Assembly: GCA_016178135.1 (NCBI GenBank)
Contig: JACOTW010000004.1
Span: 2,681-66,680 of the forward strand
DNA from: Candidatus Saccharimonadota bacterium
GTDB taxonomy: Bacteria; Patescibacteriota; Saccharimonadia; Saccharimonadales; JACOTW01
DNA: 64,000 nt
Reading direction: 5' to 3'
Made by a program: the position numbers and the translations under genes. Shown here piece after piece: positions 9,135-18,051 of the stretch. Position 1 is the stretch's first letter, and each line of letters begins with the position of its first letter. Under the pieces are notes generated by a model. It saw nothing but the letters and a program-made list of their open reading frames with translations. It was not told where the DNA came from and searched no databases.

Positions 9135-10292
9135 ATGCCAAAAAGGAAATTAAAAGTTTTTGTGGATGCTGAAGTCTTAATCGCTCCACATTTTAGTGGC
9201 ATCGGCCATTACACACTAGAGCTACTAAGAGCTCTGGACGGATTGATAGAAGATCGGTCAGATATAGAAATATCGCTTGGCGTTTATTATAAAAGGGTTG
9301 CCCAGATTAGAGCTTATGGATTCAGGAATTTCAAAATACGCAGATCGCCTTTTCCCTTAAGACTTTCAAACGCAATGAAAATTCGTGGCTGGCAACCATT
9401 CTATGATCTTTTTTTTGGTAAAAAAATCTATTTGTTTCCCAATTACACGTCTTGGCCATTATTATTCTCTAAATCAATTTCCATCGTATATGATCTTTCG
9501 TTTGAGTATTTTCCGCAGTACGTCGAGCCCCGCAATCAAAAATTTCTTAGTGATAATGTCAAAAAATCCGTAAAACGTTCAACAAAAATCATAACCATAT
9601 CAACAAATAGCCAAAAGGAAATCGTGAAATTCTATGGTATACCAAAAGGAAATGTTTCTATTGTATACCCAGGAGTTGACCAAAAAGAATTCTACAGACG
9701 ACCAGATAGCGAGATAAAAGACGTTATGGCACGTTATGGTATTCATGGTAAATATATTTTGTTTGTGGGTAATATCGAGCCAAGAAAGAACCTTAAAGGC
9801 TTGCTACTGGCCTATGAAAAACTAAGTGCCGACAGTCGCAAGCAATATTCACTATTACTTGTAGGTGCCAGAGGTTGGCTAGATGATGAAATCTTTGAAA
9901 TCATTGGACGCTTAAGAAAAAATGGCAACCACATCCAACAACCACTTGAATATGTCAATGACCATGACAGACCAGCAATATTTAGTGGGGCTTCGTTGTT
10001 CGTTTATCCCAGTCTTTATGAGGGTTTTGGTATTCCACCAATTGAAGCCATGGCCTGCGGAGTACCGGTAATTACCAGCAACAACTCATCCTTGCCGGAA
10101 GCCGTTGGCAAAGCGGCCACGATGGTAGATATCAAATCTATAGGTGATCTAGCCAATGCTATGAAATCCGTTTTAGGCAACCCAAAACTACAAGCAAATA
10201 TGATACAAGGCGGTTACCAGCAAGCAGATAAGTTCTCTTGGGACAATGAAGCCAAAAAATTACTGCGAATATTAGAGGATACAAACAATTGA
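9135..10292 (+). CDS. GT4 (GT-B) glycosyltransferase
   Basis: 385 aa with the EGFGIPPIEAMACGVPVITS motif (E-x7-E region) of family 4 transferases. Confidence 0.85.
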   Translation: MPKRKLKVFVDAEVLIAPHFSGIGHYTLELLRALDGLIEDRSDIEISLGVYYKRVAQIRAYGFRNFKIRRSPFPLRLSNAMKIRGWQPFYDLFFGKKIYLFPNYTSWPLLFSKSISIVYDLSFEYFPQYVEPRNQKFLSDNVKKSVKRSTKIITISTNSQKEIVKFYGIPKGNVSIVYPGVDQKEFYRRPDSEIKDVMARYGIHGKYILFVGNIEPRKNLKGLLLAYEKLSADSRKQYSLLLVGARGWLDDEIFEIIGRLRKNGNHIQQPLEYVNDHDRPAIFSGASLFVYPSLYEGFGIPPIEAMACGVPVITSNNSSLPEAVGKAATMVDIKSIGDLANAMKSVLGNPKLQANMIQGGYQQADKFSWDNEAKKLLRILEDTNN

Positions 10293-11623
10293 AAACTATT
10301 TGCTTTGACCTACGAGCCCTACAGATAGGCCATGAAAACCGCGGTATCGGAATGTATATAAAAAGCGTTCTCGAGAACATGCCAATAGATAAAAATAAAT
10401 ATATTTTCTACGCATTCGACAAAAATGATCCTATAAAAACTCTTGATATTAAATTTCAAAACACCTACGAGCTGATCCAAACACCTACAATAAAAACCGC
10501 CCTTGGTTCTCCCCGCGACATAATAGGGCTTATCAAACTTATCAATCATCGTTTTTACCCTCTTAAAAAAATAAATCCTGATGTATTTGTACAGTTTGAT
10601 TTCACACTTGGCATACCTAGGTGGAAAAAGACGAAAACAATAGTTGTTGGTTATGATTTGATACCGTTGATTATGAAGAACGAGTATCTACCCAGTGTAT
10701 CTTTTGCCCTAAAACACTCGGCACCACAACATCAAGGAATGCTGAAACATTTTGTGCGATCAATAGTTTTTAGATTGAAACATAAGTCTTTCGCTATCAA
10801 AAAGCCATCAATCATATTGCGTAAGCCCTTTATTGCCATGGTTCGCTCTATTTATTACCGCTTAAAATATCGGTTGCATTACAAAGTTTTTAAACGTGCT
10901 GACCGAATTGTCGCTATTTCTGAATCAACCGCAGAGGATTTCATCAATATCCTCGGAGTAAGCAGAAAAAAGGTGTCAAGCATTCCTCTTGCCCCAGTAT
11001 TGCCTGACGGCTCTCCGGACTTTTCCATTTCAAGGAAAATTTCTAAACCGTACGTTTTTTATATAGGTGGTACCGACAGCCGCAAAAAAATCCAAGATAT
11101 TATCTATGCTTTTAACATAGCTAAGGGACGCGGAGCGGATATCGCACTAGTACTTGCCGGAAATGAATTCAGTAAATTAGAGAGCCTACCAAACGTAGAG
11201 GGCAGGAACGCGATACTGAAAAGTCCTTACAGGCAAGATATACACCTTGTCGGATTTGTTAGCGACGCTCAAAAGATGGGTCTATATAAATCTGCCCACG
11301 CTTTCATATTCTGCACCATATACGAAGGTTTTGGCTTGCCAATAATAGAGGCTATGAGTGCCTCATGCCCAGTTATTAGCTATAATAATTCATCAATACC
11401 CGAAACTGCCGGTAACGCAGCCCTACTGGTTGACACGGGAGATTACGTAGCCATAGCCAATAAAATAATCGCCCTGGAAGATAAAAAATTAAAACAGGTA
11501 ATTATAGAAAAAGGCATAAAACAAGCAAATAAGTTTAACTGGAAGATTTATGTGACAGAATTTAAAAAAGTTCTGACAGGTATAGCCCCCGCAAAACAAA
11601 TTCGGGGGTTTTGGAGCCGATGA
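10289..11623 (+). CDS. GT4 glycosyltransferase whose last ~13 codons and stop lie inside element A2
   Basis: 444 aa with YEGFGLPIIEAMSASCPVISY. The C-terminus ...VLTG-IAPAKQIRGFWSR* is read from the A2 TIR. Confidence 0.8.
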   Translation: MKTICFDLRALQIGHENRGIGMYIKSVLENMPIDKNKYIFYAFDKNDPIKTLDIKFQNTYELIQTPTIKTALGSPRDIIGLIKLINHRFYPLKKINPDVFVQFDFTLGIPRWKKTKTIVVGYDLIPLIMKNEYLPSVSFALKHSAPQHQGMLKHFVRSIVFRLKHKSFAIKKPSIILRKPFIAMVRSIYYRLKYRLHYKVFKRADRIVAISESTAEDFINILGVSRKKVSSIPLAPVLPDGSPDFSISRKISKPYVFYIGGTDSRKKIQDIIYAFNIAKGRGADIALVLAGNEFSKLESLPNVEGRNAILKSPYRQDIHLVGFVSDAQKMGLYKSAHAFIFCTIYEGFGLPIIEAMSASCPVISYNNSSIPETAGNAALLVDTGDYVAIANKIIALEDKKLKQVIIEKGIKQANKFNWKIYVTEFKKVLTGIAPAKQIRGFWSR

Positions 11624-11747
11624 TCTTCGAGTCAAAAACTGGCTCTTCTGAGGGAAGCATATCATTAGATAAGGTGAGTGAGGAAAGACAGTTTTTGGCC
11701 GGAGAGGGCGGTTCAAAAAGCCGTTAATTTGTTTTGCGGGGGCTATA
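11581..11747 (+). mobile_element. Family A element, copy A2, subfamily 2, 167 bp
   Basis: It has the same TIRs as A1. The core is GGAGCCGATGATCTTCGAGTCAAAAACTGGCTCTTCTGAGGGAAGC... Confidence 0.85.
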
Positions 11748-11764
11748 ATTAGCAAGAGTTATCC

Positions 11765-11799
11765 GGTTTGCCCCCCTAGAGTCACAAGTAGGGCAAGCC
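11765..11799. terminator. Hairpin between convergent genes (possible bidirectional terminator)
   Basis: GGTTTGCCC pairs with GGGCAAGCC (9 bp, one G-U) around a 17-nt loop, followed by AATTTT. The loop is long, so support is weak. Confidence 0.3.
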
Positions 11800-11823
11800 A
11801 ATTTTCCGACAAACCCAGATGTC

Positions 11824-12720
11824 TTATTTTTTAGATTTTATACTTTTCTTATACTTAAACCAATCCACAGTTAGACCGTACAAGGCTCTTTTTAGCCGTC
11901 GTGGCCAAGATTGTTGCATCATACTTAATTGCATTAATAACTCTGTCTTATGCTTCAGATGATCTATTTCTAGTTTCTGCGCTTCTGCCATATTGTTTAA
12001 GACAGTTAATAGCCCGGAATCTTCCGTCCATGATTGCCATTGGTGTTGTTTCAGGGCATGATAGTCAAGTTTGATGACGCGTTCAGCAAATCCTTCAGTT
12101 CTGTGCCAACTTTCTTTTGCTACATAATACTCGTTGAGACCATCAGCTAAAAACAACTTATAATCGTTCTTTGTAAGGATAGGACGCCAATCTTTAGACA
12201 CATGATTTGCCTCAATACAAATAACTTCGGGTCTAAATTTATTCCAATTATTTCCAATTATGACTTGGTATTCAAAACCCTCTACATCTATTTTCAGAAA
12301 ATGAATGTGCTCAACTTTGTGCTCAATAAATATGTCTTTTAGTGGCTTTACGTCTACTGTGTAGTCTATATAGTCATCAATCTCATCGTGCTGCTGCTTC
12401 TGATGAATGTTGAAAGTTGAATGACCCGAGCTGTCTCTGTATTCTCGAAAAACTTCTTTGTAAACCTTATCGCCTATACCAATCTGCAACGTGATGTCCT
12501 TGGGACGATCCTTAATAAGCTGCTCACACAAACTCTTAATAGGCTCTATATTAATGCCATGCCAACCCTTTTCATAAAACAGTTTTGTTACTGAATCAAT
12601 AACTGAATAATTGGCCCCTACATCGACGTAGAATCCCTTTTGAGTATCATGTAGCAGCGCTAGGAGTATTATGTCTTCGTTGTATTGAGCGTATGTGGTT
12701 ATTGCTTTTGGGTCAATCAT
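11824..12720 (-). CDS. FkbM-family methyltransferase
   Basis: 298 aa with FYVDVGANYSVIDS and FLKIDVEGFEYQVI, typical of FkbM-type methyltransferases. Confidence 0.75.
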   Translation of the reverse strand: MIDPKAITTYAQYNEDIILLALLHDTQKGFYVDVGANYSVIDSVTKLFYEKGWHGINIEPIKSLCEQLIKDRPKDITLQIGIGDKVYKEVFREYRDSSGHSTFNIHQKQQHDEIDDYIDYTVDVKPLKDIFIEHKVEHIHFLKIDVEGFEYQVIIGNNWNKFRPEVICIEANHVSKDWRPILTKNDYKLFLADGLNEYYVAKESWHRTEGFAERVIKLDYHALKQHQWQSWTEDSGLLTVLNNMAEAQKLEIDHLKHKTELLMQLSMMQQSWPRRLKRALYGLTVDWFKYKKSIKSKK

Positions 12721-12722
12721 TA

Positions 12723-13709
12723 TTATTTATTTGCCGCCTCTTGGGCAATCCCTATCATCAAAGCAATATCTTCCTCGTATGGTCTAAAGAGTGAGTTGTC
12801 ACTATGATTTAACGAAACATCGACCTTGAAATCCTTATCCCGCTTATCAAAAGAGGCAACAATAAGACCATCTCCACTAAAAGATTCTAATATATTATGA
12901 GATGAAATTATGTAGGCACCATTATCCAATAAAAATTGTTTGCATTTTTGATGAGTCATTGGGTCATGTGAAAAAGTGTAGTGATGAGTTGATATGAAAA
13001 TAAATCTAACTTTATCTTCTTTTATGCTTTCTATCGCACCCTGAAGTGCATTAAGCTCAACCCCCTGTACATCCATGTGCAATATATCAATTTTTTTTAT
13101 ATGCTTCTCTTTTACCAACGAGTCAACCGACCTAATTATGGATTGCTTTTTTTGGCTGGGGTCTGAATCAAGAGTAAACTCTATCTTTTTGCCATCTTCA
13201 TTTCCTGCAGCACTATCAATGAAAGTAATTCTATCTGCAAGACCGTTAATAGCCGCGTTAGCTTCTCCGATTTTCCTGTTTACAGGATCAGGCTCACAAG
13301 CCAGTGCCCTACTATTTTTAAATTGATAGAGTAACCAAAGGCTATAGTAAGACCAGAAACTGCCAAGCTCCAAAATCGTAGGTGCGCCTTTAAGTCTCTT
13401 TAGTACTTCGTAATAAAGTTTTTCTTCTTGTGGTTCATGATGACCGTTCAATTTAGTAATAATTTCTTTCATCCAGTCGCCGTGGTAACCGCCAGAAATA
13501 ACTTTTAACCCATTGTGTAGTATTTGCACCTCTTTGCCCTTGCATACCTCTACATTGCCCGCATATTTAACTTTCGGTATATAGTCACAATCATGGCATG
13601 AAATTGTCATTTCTATTCTTTGCGCAATATCCTTGCGCCAAGGATTTATTGCGTTAAGTTGAGCGATTGGATCAATTGGAGTACGTGATTTGCGCCTAGA
13701 TATTTTCAT
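12723..13709 (-). CDS. FkbM-family methyltransferase
   Basis: 328 aa with ILELGSFWSYYS and ILHMDVQGVELNAL. Confidence 0.7.
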   Translation of the reverse strand: MKISRRKSRTPIDPIAQLNAINPWRKDIAQRIEMTISCHDCDYIPKVKYAGNVEVCKGKEVQILHNGLKVISGGYHGDWMKEIITKLNGHHEPQEEKLYYEVLKRLKGAPTILELGSFWSYYSLWLLYQFKNSRALACEPDPVNRKIGEANAAINGLADRITFIDSAAGNEDGKKIEFTLDSDPSQKKQSIIRSVDSLVKEKHIKKIDILHMDVQGVELNALQGAIESIKEDKVRFIFISTHHYTFSHDPMTHQKCKQFLLDNGAYIISSHNILESFSGDGLIVASFDKRDKDFKVDVSLNHSDNSLFRPYEEDIALMIGIAQEAANK

Positions 13710-14896
13710 TTTATTCCTATACTTAAGTGAATATTAGGCGTTACGATATATGGTGAAATATAATCTTTTTTTATTGAAAAACTTATAGCGTCAGACCACC
13801 AGTCAACGACACTATTACCATCCTCTTTCAATAACGCTAGATCTACTGTGTACTGGCCATCGGATAATATATTCTCAAATATTACTTGAAAATTATATTT
13901 CGATTCTCTGGAAATTTTGGGTATTTTTACTTTTAACATATGGCTGTTTGCCCCAAGAACCGATAGCCCTTCAGCGTTTTTTATCAAAAAACCGAATATT
14001 GGATGAGTTAATTCTAAGCTTGATATGATATTACCTTTTATGGAAACTTCTATATTATTAACACTAACACCTATATCCTGTATTGTCATTGGAGTTTCGC
14101 CCCAACGATTTTGTGATTCAGCGACTGTCGCTACACCTGGATCTCCTCCTATAAATAATTCGGTGTAAGCTTGTGCGATTTGATCTGTATCTCCTTGTGA
14201 TTGAATCATACCACCATCTATCAATAGTGCTTTATTACAAAATTGTCTAATTGCGTTCATGTCGTGACTCACAAACACCACTGTTTTTTTATCTTTTTTC
14301 AGTTTCTTGAAATAATTGAAGCATTTGCGCTGGAAGTCGGCGTCTCCTACAGCTAGAACTTCATCAATAAGTAAAATGTCAGCTTTGGCGCGAATAGCCA
14401 TTGAAAAAGCTAAACGAACTTGCATGCCAGACGAATAGTTTTTGAGCTTTTGATCCATAAATTTTTCCAACTCGGCAAATTCAACTATGTCATCATACTG
14501 ATCGTCAATTTCTTTTTTACTGAAGCCTAGTAGCGCGCCGTTTAGATAAACGTTCTCACGGCCAGTTAGCTCTGGACTAAAACCAACACCTAGTTCAATA
14601 AACGGCACTAGCTTGCCGGTTACCTGAATCGATCCTTTGGTTGGCTGGTAAATGCCTGCTAACATTTTTAAGAGGGTGCTTTTGCCACTACCGTTACGTC
14701 CGACGATGCCAAAAAATTCGCCTTTTTTTACTTCAAAACTTACATTTTTTAGAGCATGTTGAGTTTCATAAGAACGATTTTTACGGATAAGTCTAAATAT
14801 GCCCGTGAAAACGTTTTTTATTGATCCTATCTTTTCGTGCGGTAAACGAAAGTTTTTGGAAACACCACTAACCTTTATAGCAATATCGTCCGACAT
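13706..14896 (-). CDS. wzt: Polysaccharide-export ABC transporter ATP-binding protein (Wzt/TagH-type) with a C-terminal extra domain
   Basis: 396 aa with Walker A GRNGSGKST, signature YSSGMQVRL and Walker B ILLIDEV. A ~150-aa C-terminal domain resembles the glycan-terminus-binding domain of Wzt proteins. Confidence 0.85.
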   Translation of the reverse strand: MSDDIAIKVSGVSKNFRLPHEKIGSIKNVFTGIFRLIRKNRSYETQHALKNVSFEVKKGEFFGIVGRNGSGKSTLLKMLAGIYQPTKGSIQVTGKLVPFIELGVGFSPELTGRENVYLNGALLGFSKKEIDDQYDDIVEFAELEKFMDQKLKNYSSGMQVRLAFSMAIRAKADILLIDEVLAVGDADFQRKCFNYFKKLKKDKKTVVFVSHDMNAIRQFCNKALLIDGGMIQSQGDTDQIAQAYTELFIGGDPGVATVAESQNRWGETPMTIQDIGVSVNNIEVSIKGNIISSLELTHPIFGFLIKNAEGLSVLGANSHMLKVKIPKISRESKYNFQVIFENILSDGQYTVDLALLKEDGNSVVDWWSDAISFSIKKDYISPYIVTPNIHLSIGIK

Positions 14897-14999
14897 CTAT
14901 AGACCCATCCCTTGACAAGTGAATAGAACACATGTTACTATGTACGTACAATGCCTTAGGGCTCCGAGGATCTCGCGCAAGTGGGGTCCGATTTTTTTA

Positions 15000-15401
15000 T
15001 CAGACATTCCGTACTCCGTCCAGTTCTTTATGTAACCTACCTATTACCTTTTCAAATTCTGTTTTACTAATTTTATACATTTTTCTTTGTAGCCTCTTTG
15101 AATCATATAATCTTAACTGGGATATTATAGCCGAATAGTCTTGGTTGTCATGTCTAAGTTGTAGGTAGTGGAGATTTTCGGGTTTTATTTTTGTCGATAA
15201 TGGCACACCCCAAAAGACAAATTTATTAAACTTACGTGCCACCAAAACAGGACGTTCAAAGAGTTCGTTTTTGCCATCCTGTTCAAAACCAACATTCAAC
15301 CCTAGTGAGCACCACCATACTTCAGCATTCTTGCAAAAAGCATTATTTGTATTTTCTTCAATGATTTTCTTGATACCATTCCAGCTGTCAAAATCTTTCA
15401 T
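15000..15401 (-). CDS. PemK/MazF-like toxin-fold protein
   Basis: 133 aa. AEVWWCSLGLNVGFEQDGKNELFERPVLV matches the G.E..G.RP.LV core of PemK/MazF-family proteins. Confidence 0.55.
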   Translation of the reverse strand: MKDFDSWNGIKKIIEENTNNAFCKNAEVWWCSLGLNVGFEQDGKNELFERPVLVARKFNKFVFWGVPLSTKIKPENLHYLQLRHDNQDYSAIISQLRLYDSKRLQRKMYKISKTEFEKVIGRLHKELDGVRNV

Positions 15402-15403
15402 CG

Positions 15404-16027
15404 TTACAGGTTCTCCTTGGGCTTCTTGGGCATGTGCCCGGGTTCGAGGTTGACTTTTGTAGTCTTTTTTGCTATATTTAGCCTATCACCATTGCCAGAT
15501 ACGCCTAAGGTTTCGACCGACCGCCGAGTCTGGCTCTTTTTATACTCTATAGCATTCCTAATCTGTTCCGCCTTAATAATATGTTGATAGAACGGCTGCA
15601 ATAACTGAGAGTACTTGTGGGTCGGTGTAATGATTTTAAGAAGCTTCTTATTATCCAAAAGATACTCCACTAGGCAGGCAAAGTCCCCATCACCCGTCAC
15701 TATGATGGCTCTATCGTAATGCTTGTACTCTATTGCTGCCGCATGCAGGACAAGCTCAGCATCAACGTTACCTTTTACTGTTTCTTTGCCATTCTCAAAA
15801 TAACGCACTGTGGGCTTAAAAATAAGAATAAATCCTGCGCTCTGTAGTTGTGTATAAAGTTTCTGGTTATTTGCAACCAGACCAATAAACATAAAAGCCT
15901 TCTCGATATCATGTTTATTCTTTAGGTAGAGACGTAACTTTTTATAATCTAACCGCCAGCCAAGTGAACGAACCCCTAGGTTTAAGTTCTGGCTATCTAT
16001 GAAGGCGTAATTCTTCCCCTTAGTCAT
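15404..16027 (-). CDS. NYN (LabA-like) domain protein, predicted RNase fold
   Basis: 207 aa with YAFIDSQNLN and IVTGDGDFACLVEYL, typical NYN/LabA motifs. Its start codon overlaps the wzm stop by one base. Confidence 0.7.
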   Translation of the reverse strand: MTKGKNYAFIDSQNLNLGVRSLGWRLDYKKLRLYLKNKHDIEKAFMFIGLVANNQKLYTQLQSAGFILIFKPTVRYFENGKETVKGNVDAELVLHAAAIEYKHYDRAIIVTGDGDFACLVEYLLDNKKLLKIITPTHKYSQLLQPFYQHIIKAEQIRNAIEYKKSQTRRSVETLGVSGNGDRLNIAKKTTKVNLEPGHMPKKPKENL

Positions 16028-16839
16028 TACACATTCTCCGCAAAGCTAGGAGCTTGTTTTTTGAAATATACAGTAGATACAAGAACGACAGTTGCTACGA
16101 TTCCAAGCGGAACCAAGTACGCCAGCTTACTGCCAAAGACCGAGCCAACCGTAGCTGTTTGATTGGTAATCAACCCATACCGAGCATCTTGAATGATTTG
16201 AGCCAGGGGATTTAACATCATTATTTTGCCCAACATCTCGCTCTTGCCACTGACGAACGAAAAAGCGTAAAGAATAGGAGTAGCGTAAAAAGCCGCCTGA
16301 ATTAATACTTCCCATATGTAATTTATATCTCTAAAGCGAACAAAAGCGGCACTCAAGAAAAATCCTATTGCCAATGAAAATATAAAAAGTTCGCCTATTA
16401 GCAAAGGCAGAAAAATCAAATTCTGATTGGGTTCTGCTTTGCCCAGCCACATAAACAACGACACAACTAGAAGATTCAGGGAAAGATTTATTAGTGCCGA
16501 GAAGGAGCTAGCCAATACAATAACATAGCGTGGAAAGTTTACTTTACGCATAATATCGCCCTTACCAACTATAGCGCCGACACTCCCAGTAGTAACTTCC
16601 ACGAAGTAGTTCCATAAAATTATTCCGAGTAATAGGTAAATACCAAAATGCGGAACGTCGCCACCGGTTTTTAGAACCTGAACAAAAACCACGTATAGAA
16701 TCATGAATAAAAACAGTGGCCTTAGTAATGTCCACAGATATCCAAGCACGGAATTTTGGTACCGTAGTTTGAAGTCAGTTTTTACCATCTGCTTGAGTAA
16801 AATTATGGAATATCTGTAGCGTGCGCTTAATTTTTTCAC
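16027..16839 (-). CDS. wzm: ABC-2 type polysaccharide-export permease (Wzm/TagG-type)
   Basis: It has KTDFKLRYQNSVLGYLW and six TM segments. The track ORF extends to a TTG at 16908, but that extension is read from a family B TIR fragment. I prefer the GTG at 16839. The start is uncertain. Confidence 0.75.
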   Translation of the reverse strand: MKKLSARYRYSIILLKQMVKTDFKLRYQNSVLGYLWTLLRPLFLFMILYVVFVQVLKTGGDVPHFGIYLLLGIILWNYFVEVTTGSVGAIVGKGDIMRKVNFPRYVIVLASSFSALINLSLNLLVVSLFMWLGKAEPNQNLIFLPLLIGELFIFSLAIGFFLSAAFVRFRDINYIWEVLIQAAFYATPILYAFSFVSGKSEMLGKIMMLNPLAQIIQDARYGLITNQTATVGSVFGSKLAYLVPLGIVATVVLVSTVYFKKQAPSFAENV

Positions 16840-16860
16840 GTTCTTCCATTTTATAGTTTT

Positions 16861-16893
16861 TACTGGACTTACGCAAAGCTCCCCATTCCCAGC
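16861..16893 (-). repeat. Family B terminal fragment
   Basis: TACTGGACTTACGCAAAGCTCCCCATTCCCAGC matches one end of family B. Confidence 0.6.
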
Positions 16894-16950
16894 AATTTTA
16901 TACAACAACTTAGATTTTGGTTTTTAACAGAGGTAGTGTAGGCTGAAAAT

Positions 16951-18051
16951 ATGCCGAAAATTATGGTAACAGGAGTGAATGGATTTGTGGGCAAGCATCT
17001 GGTCCGTGAACTAGTGGCTCGAAAATGTACGGTTACTGGAGTTGGTCGTGATAAAAACGTCGATAAATCTTTGGAGAATATCGTATCGAACTATTATTCG
17101 TGTGATTTAACTGATAAATCCGCAGTAGCAATACTCCCGCTTGATTCAATTGATGCTGTTATAAACCTGGCTGGCCTGGCAAGAGTCGGAGAGTCTTTTG
17201 ATAAGCCAGATTTTTACAAACATGTTAATGTTGGCGTTTTATCTGTTCTATCGGAACGTCTATTGGCTTTATCTTCTGGGGCTCGTGTGATTGCCGTTAG
17301 CACAGGGGCGGTTTATGATCCTAGGCAACCTATGCCACTTAACGAAGGATCTATTCTACTGGACTTACGCAAAATCGCCCGTTCCCAGGGCAAATCAGCT
17401 CGAGTTGAGAGTGGTTTGACTGAAGGAGAGGTAGCCTTAGCTACATCGAAAGAAGACAGACCGCTACCGCTTGAGATTAGTTGGTCTGGGGATGGGGGAG
17501 CTTTGCGTAAGTCCAGTCTAATAACTTCTGGTTCTCCTTACGCACTTAGTAAGATTGATATGGAAATAGTAGTTTCGGATTTGAGAAGTAGAGGTTTGGA
17601 TTGTATTATAGCGCGACCATTTAATCATATAGGGCCAGGCCAAGACATCGGCTTCTTAGTCCCCGATTTATACACCAAAATCCTAAGGGCTAATCAGTCT
17701 GGTGGCACAATAGCCGTAGGTGACTTAACGACCAGACGGGATTATACCGACGTCCGAGATGTGGTGCGAGCATATGCGGACCTCGCAGTCGCCCCCACAT
17801 TGCAACATGCTGTTTATAACGTTTGTAGTGGCCGTAGCGTGTCAGGGGGAAAGATCCTGGAATTACTACTAAAAGAAACTGGTCAAGTGGGGAAAATTAA
17901 TGTTACCACCGATTCTGCTTTTATAAGGCCGAATGATCCCGAGGACTTATTTGGCAGCAATGAGCGCCTGCATAATGAAACTGGCTGGCAACCAACAATC
18001 CCGCTTGAGCAGACAATTACAGATTTTGTGAACTCTAAAAGCACTTATTAA
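16951..18051 (+). CDS. NAD-dependent sugar-nucleotide reductase/epimerase (extended SDR; Rmd-like by context), carrying in-frame element B2
   Basis: 366 aa with the Rossmann motif VTGVNGFVGKHL, a VSTGAVY segment and the catalytic PYALSK (YxxxK). About 53 codons between them come from the family B element. Confidence 0.7.
   Translation: MPKIMVTGVNGFVGKHLVRELVARKCTVTGVGRDKNVDKSLENIVSNYYSCDLTDKSAVAILPLDSIDAVINLAGLARVGESFDKPDFYKHVNVGVLSVLSERLLALSSGARVIAVSTGAVYDPRQPMPLNEGSILLDLRKIARSQGKSARVESGLTEGEVALATSKEDRPLPLEISWSGDGGALRKSSLITSGSPYALSKIDMEIVVSDLRSRGLDCIIARPFNHIGPGQDIGFLVPDLYTKILRANQSGGTIAVGDLTTRRDYTDVRDVVRAYADLAVAPTLQHAVYNVCSGRSVSGGKILELLLKETGQVGKINVTTDSAFIRPNDPEDLFGSNERLHNETGWQPTIPLEQTITDFVNSKSTY
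17357..17517 (+). mobile_element. Family B element, copy B2, full length, inside a CDS and in frame
   Basis: It runs TACTGGACTTACGCAAAATCGCCCGTTCCCAGGG...GTAGCCTTAGCTAC...GGGGAGCTTTGCGTAAGTCCAGT. The host ORF stays open through it. Confidence 0.85.

Noticed and set aside
16840-16908. An N-terminal extension of wzm (MLYKIAGNGELCVSPVKTIKWKN) from a TTG start.
   Set aside because: The extension is encoded by a family B TIR fragment and has no SD. A GTG at 16839 gives a normal-length Wzm N-terminus. The longer form cannot be excluded.
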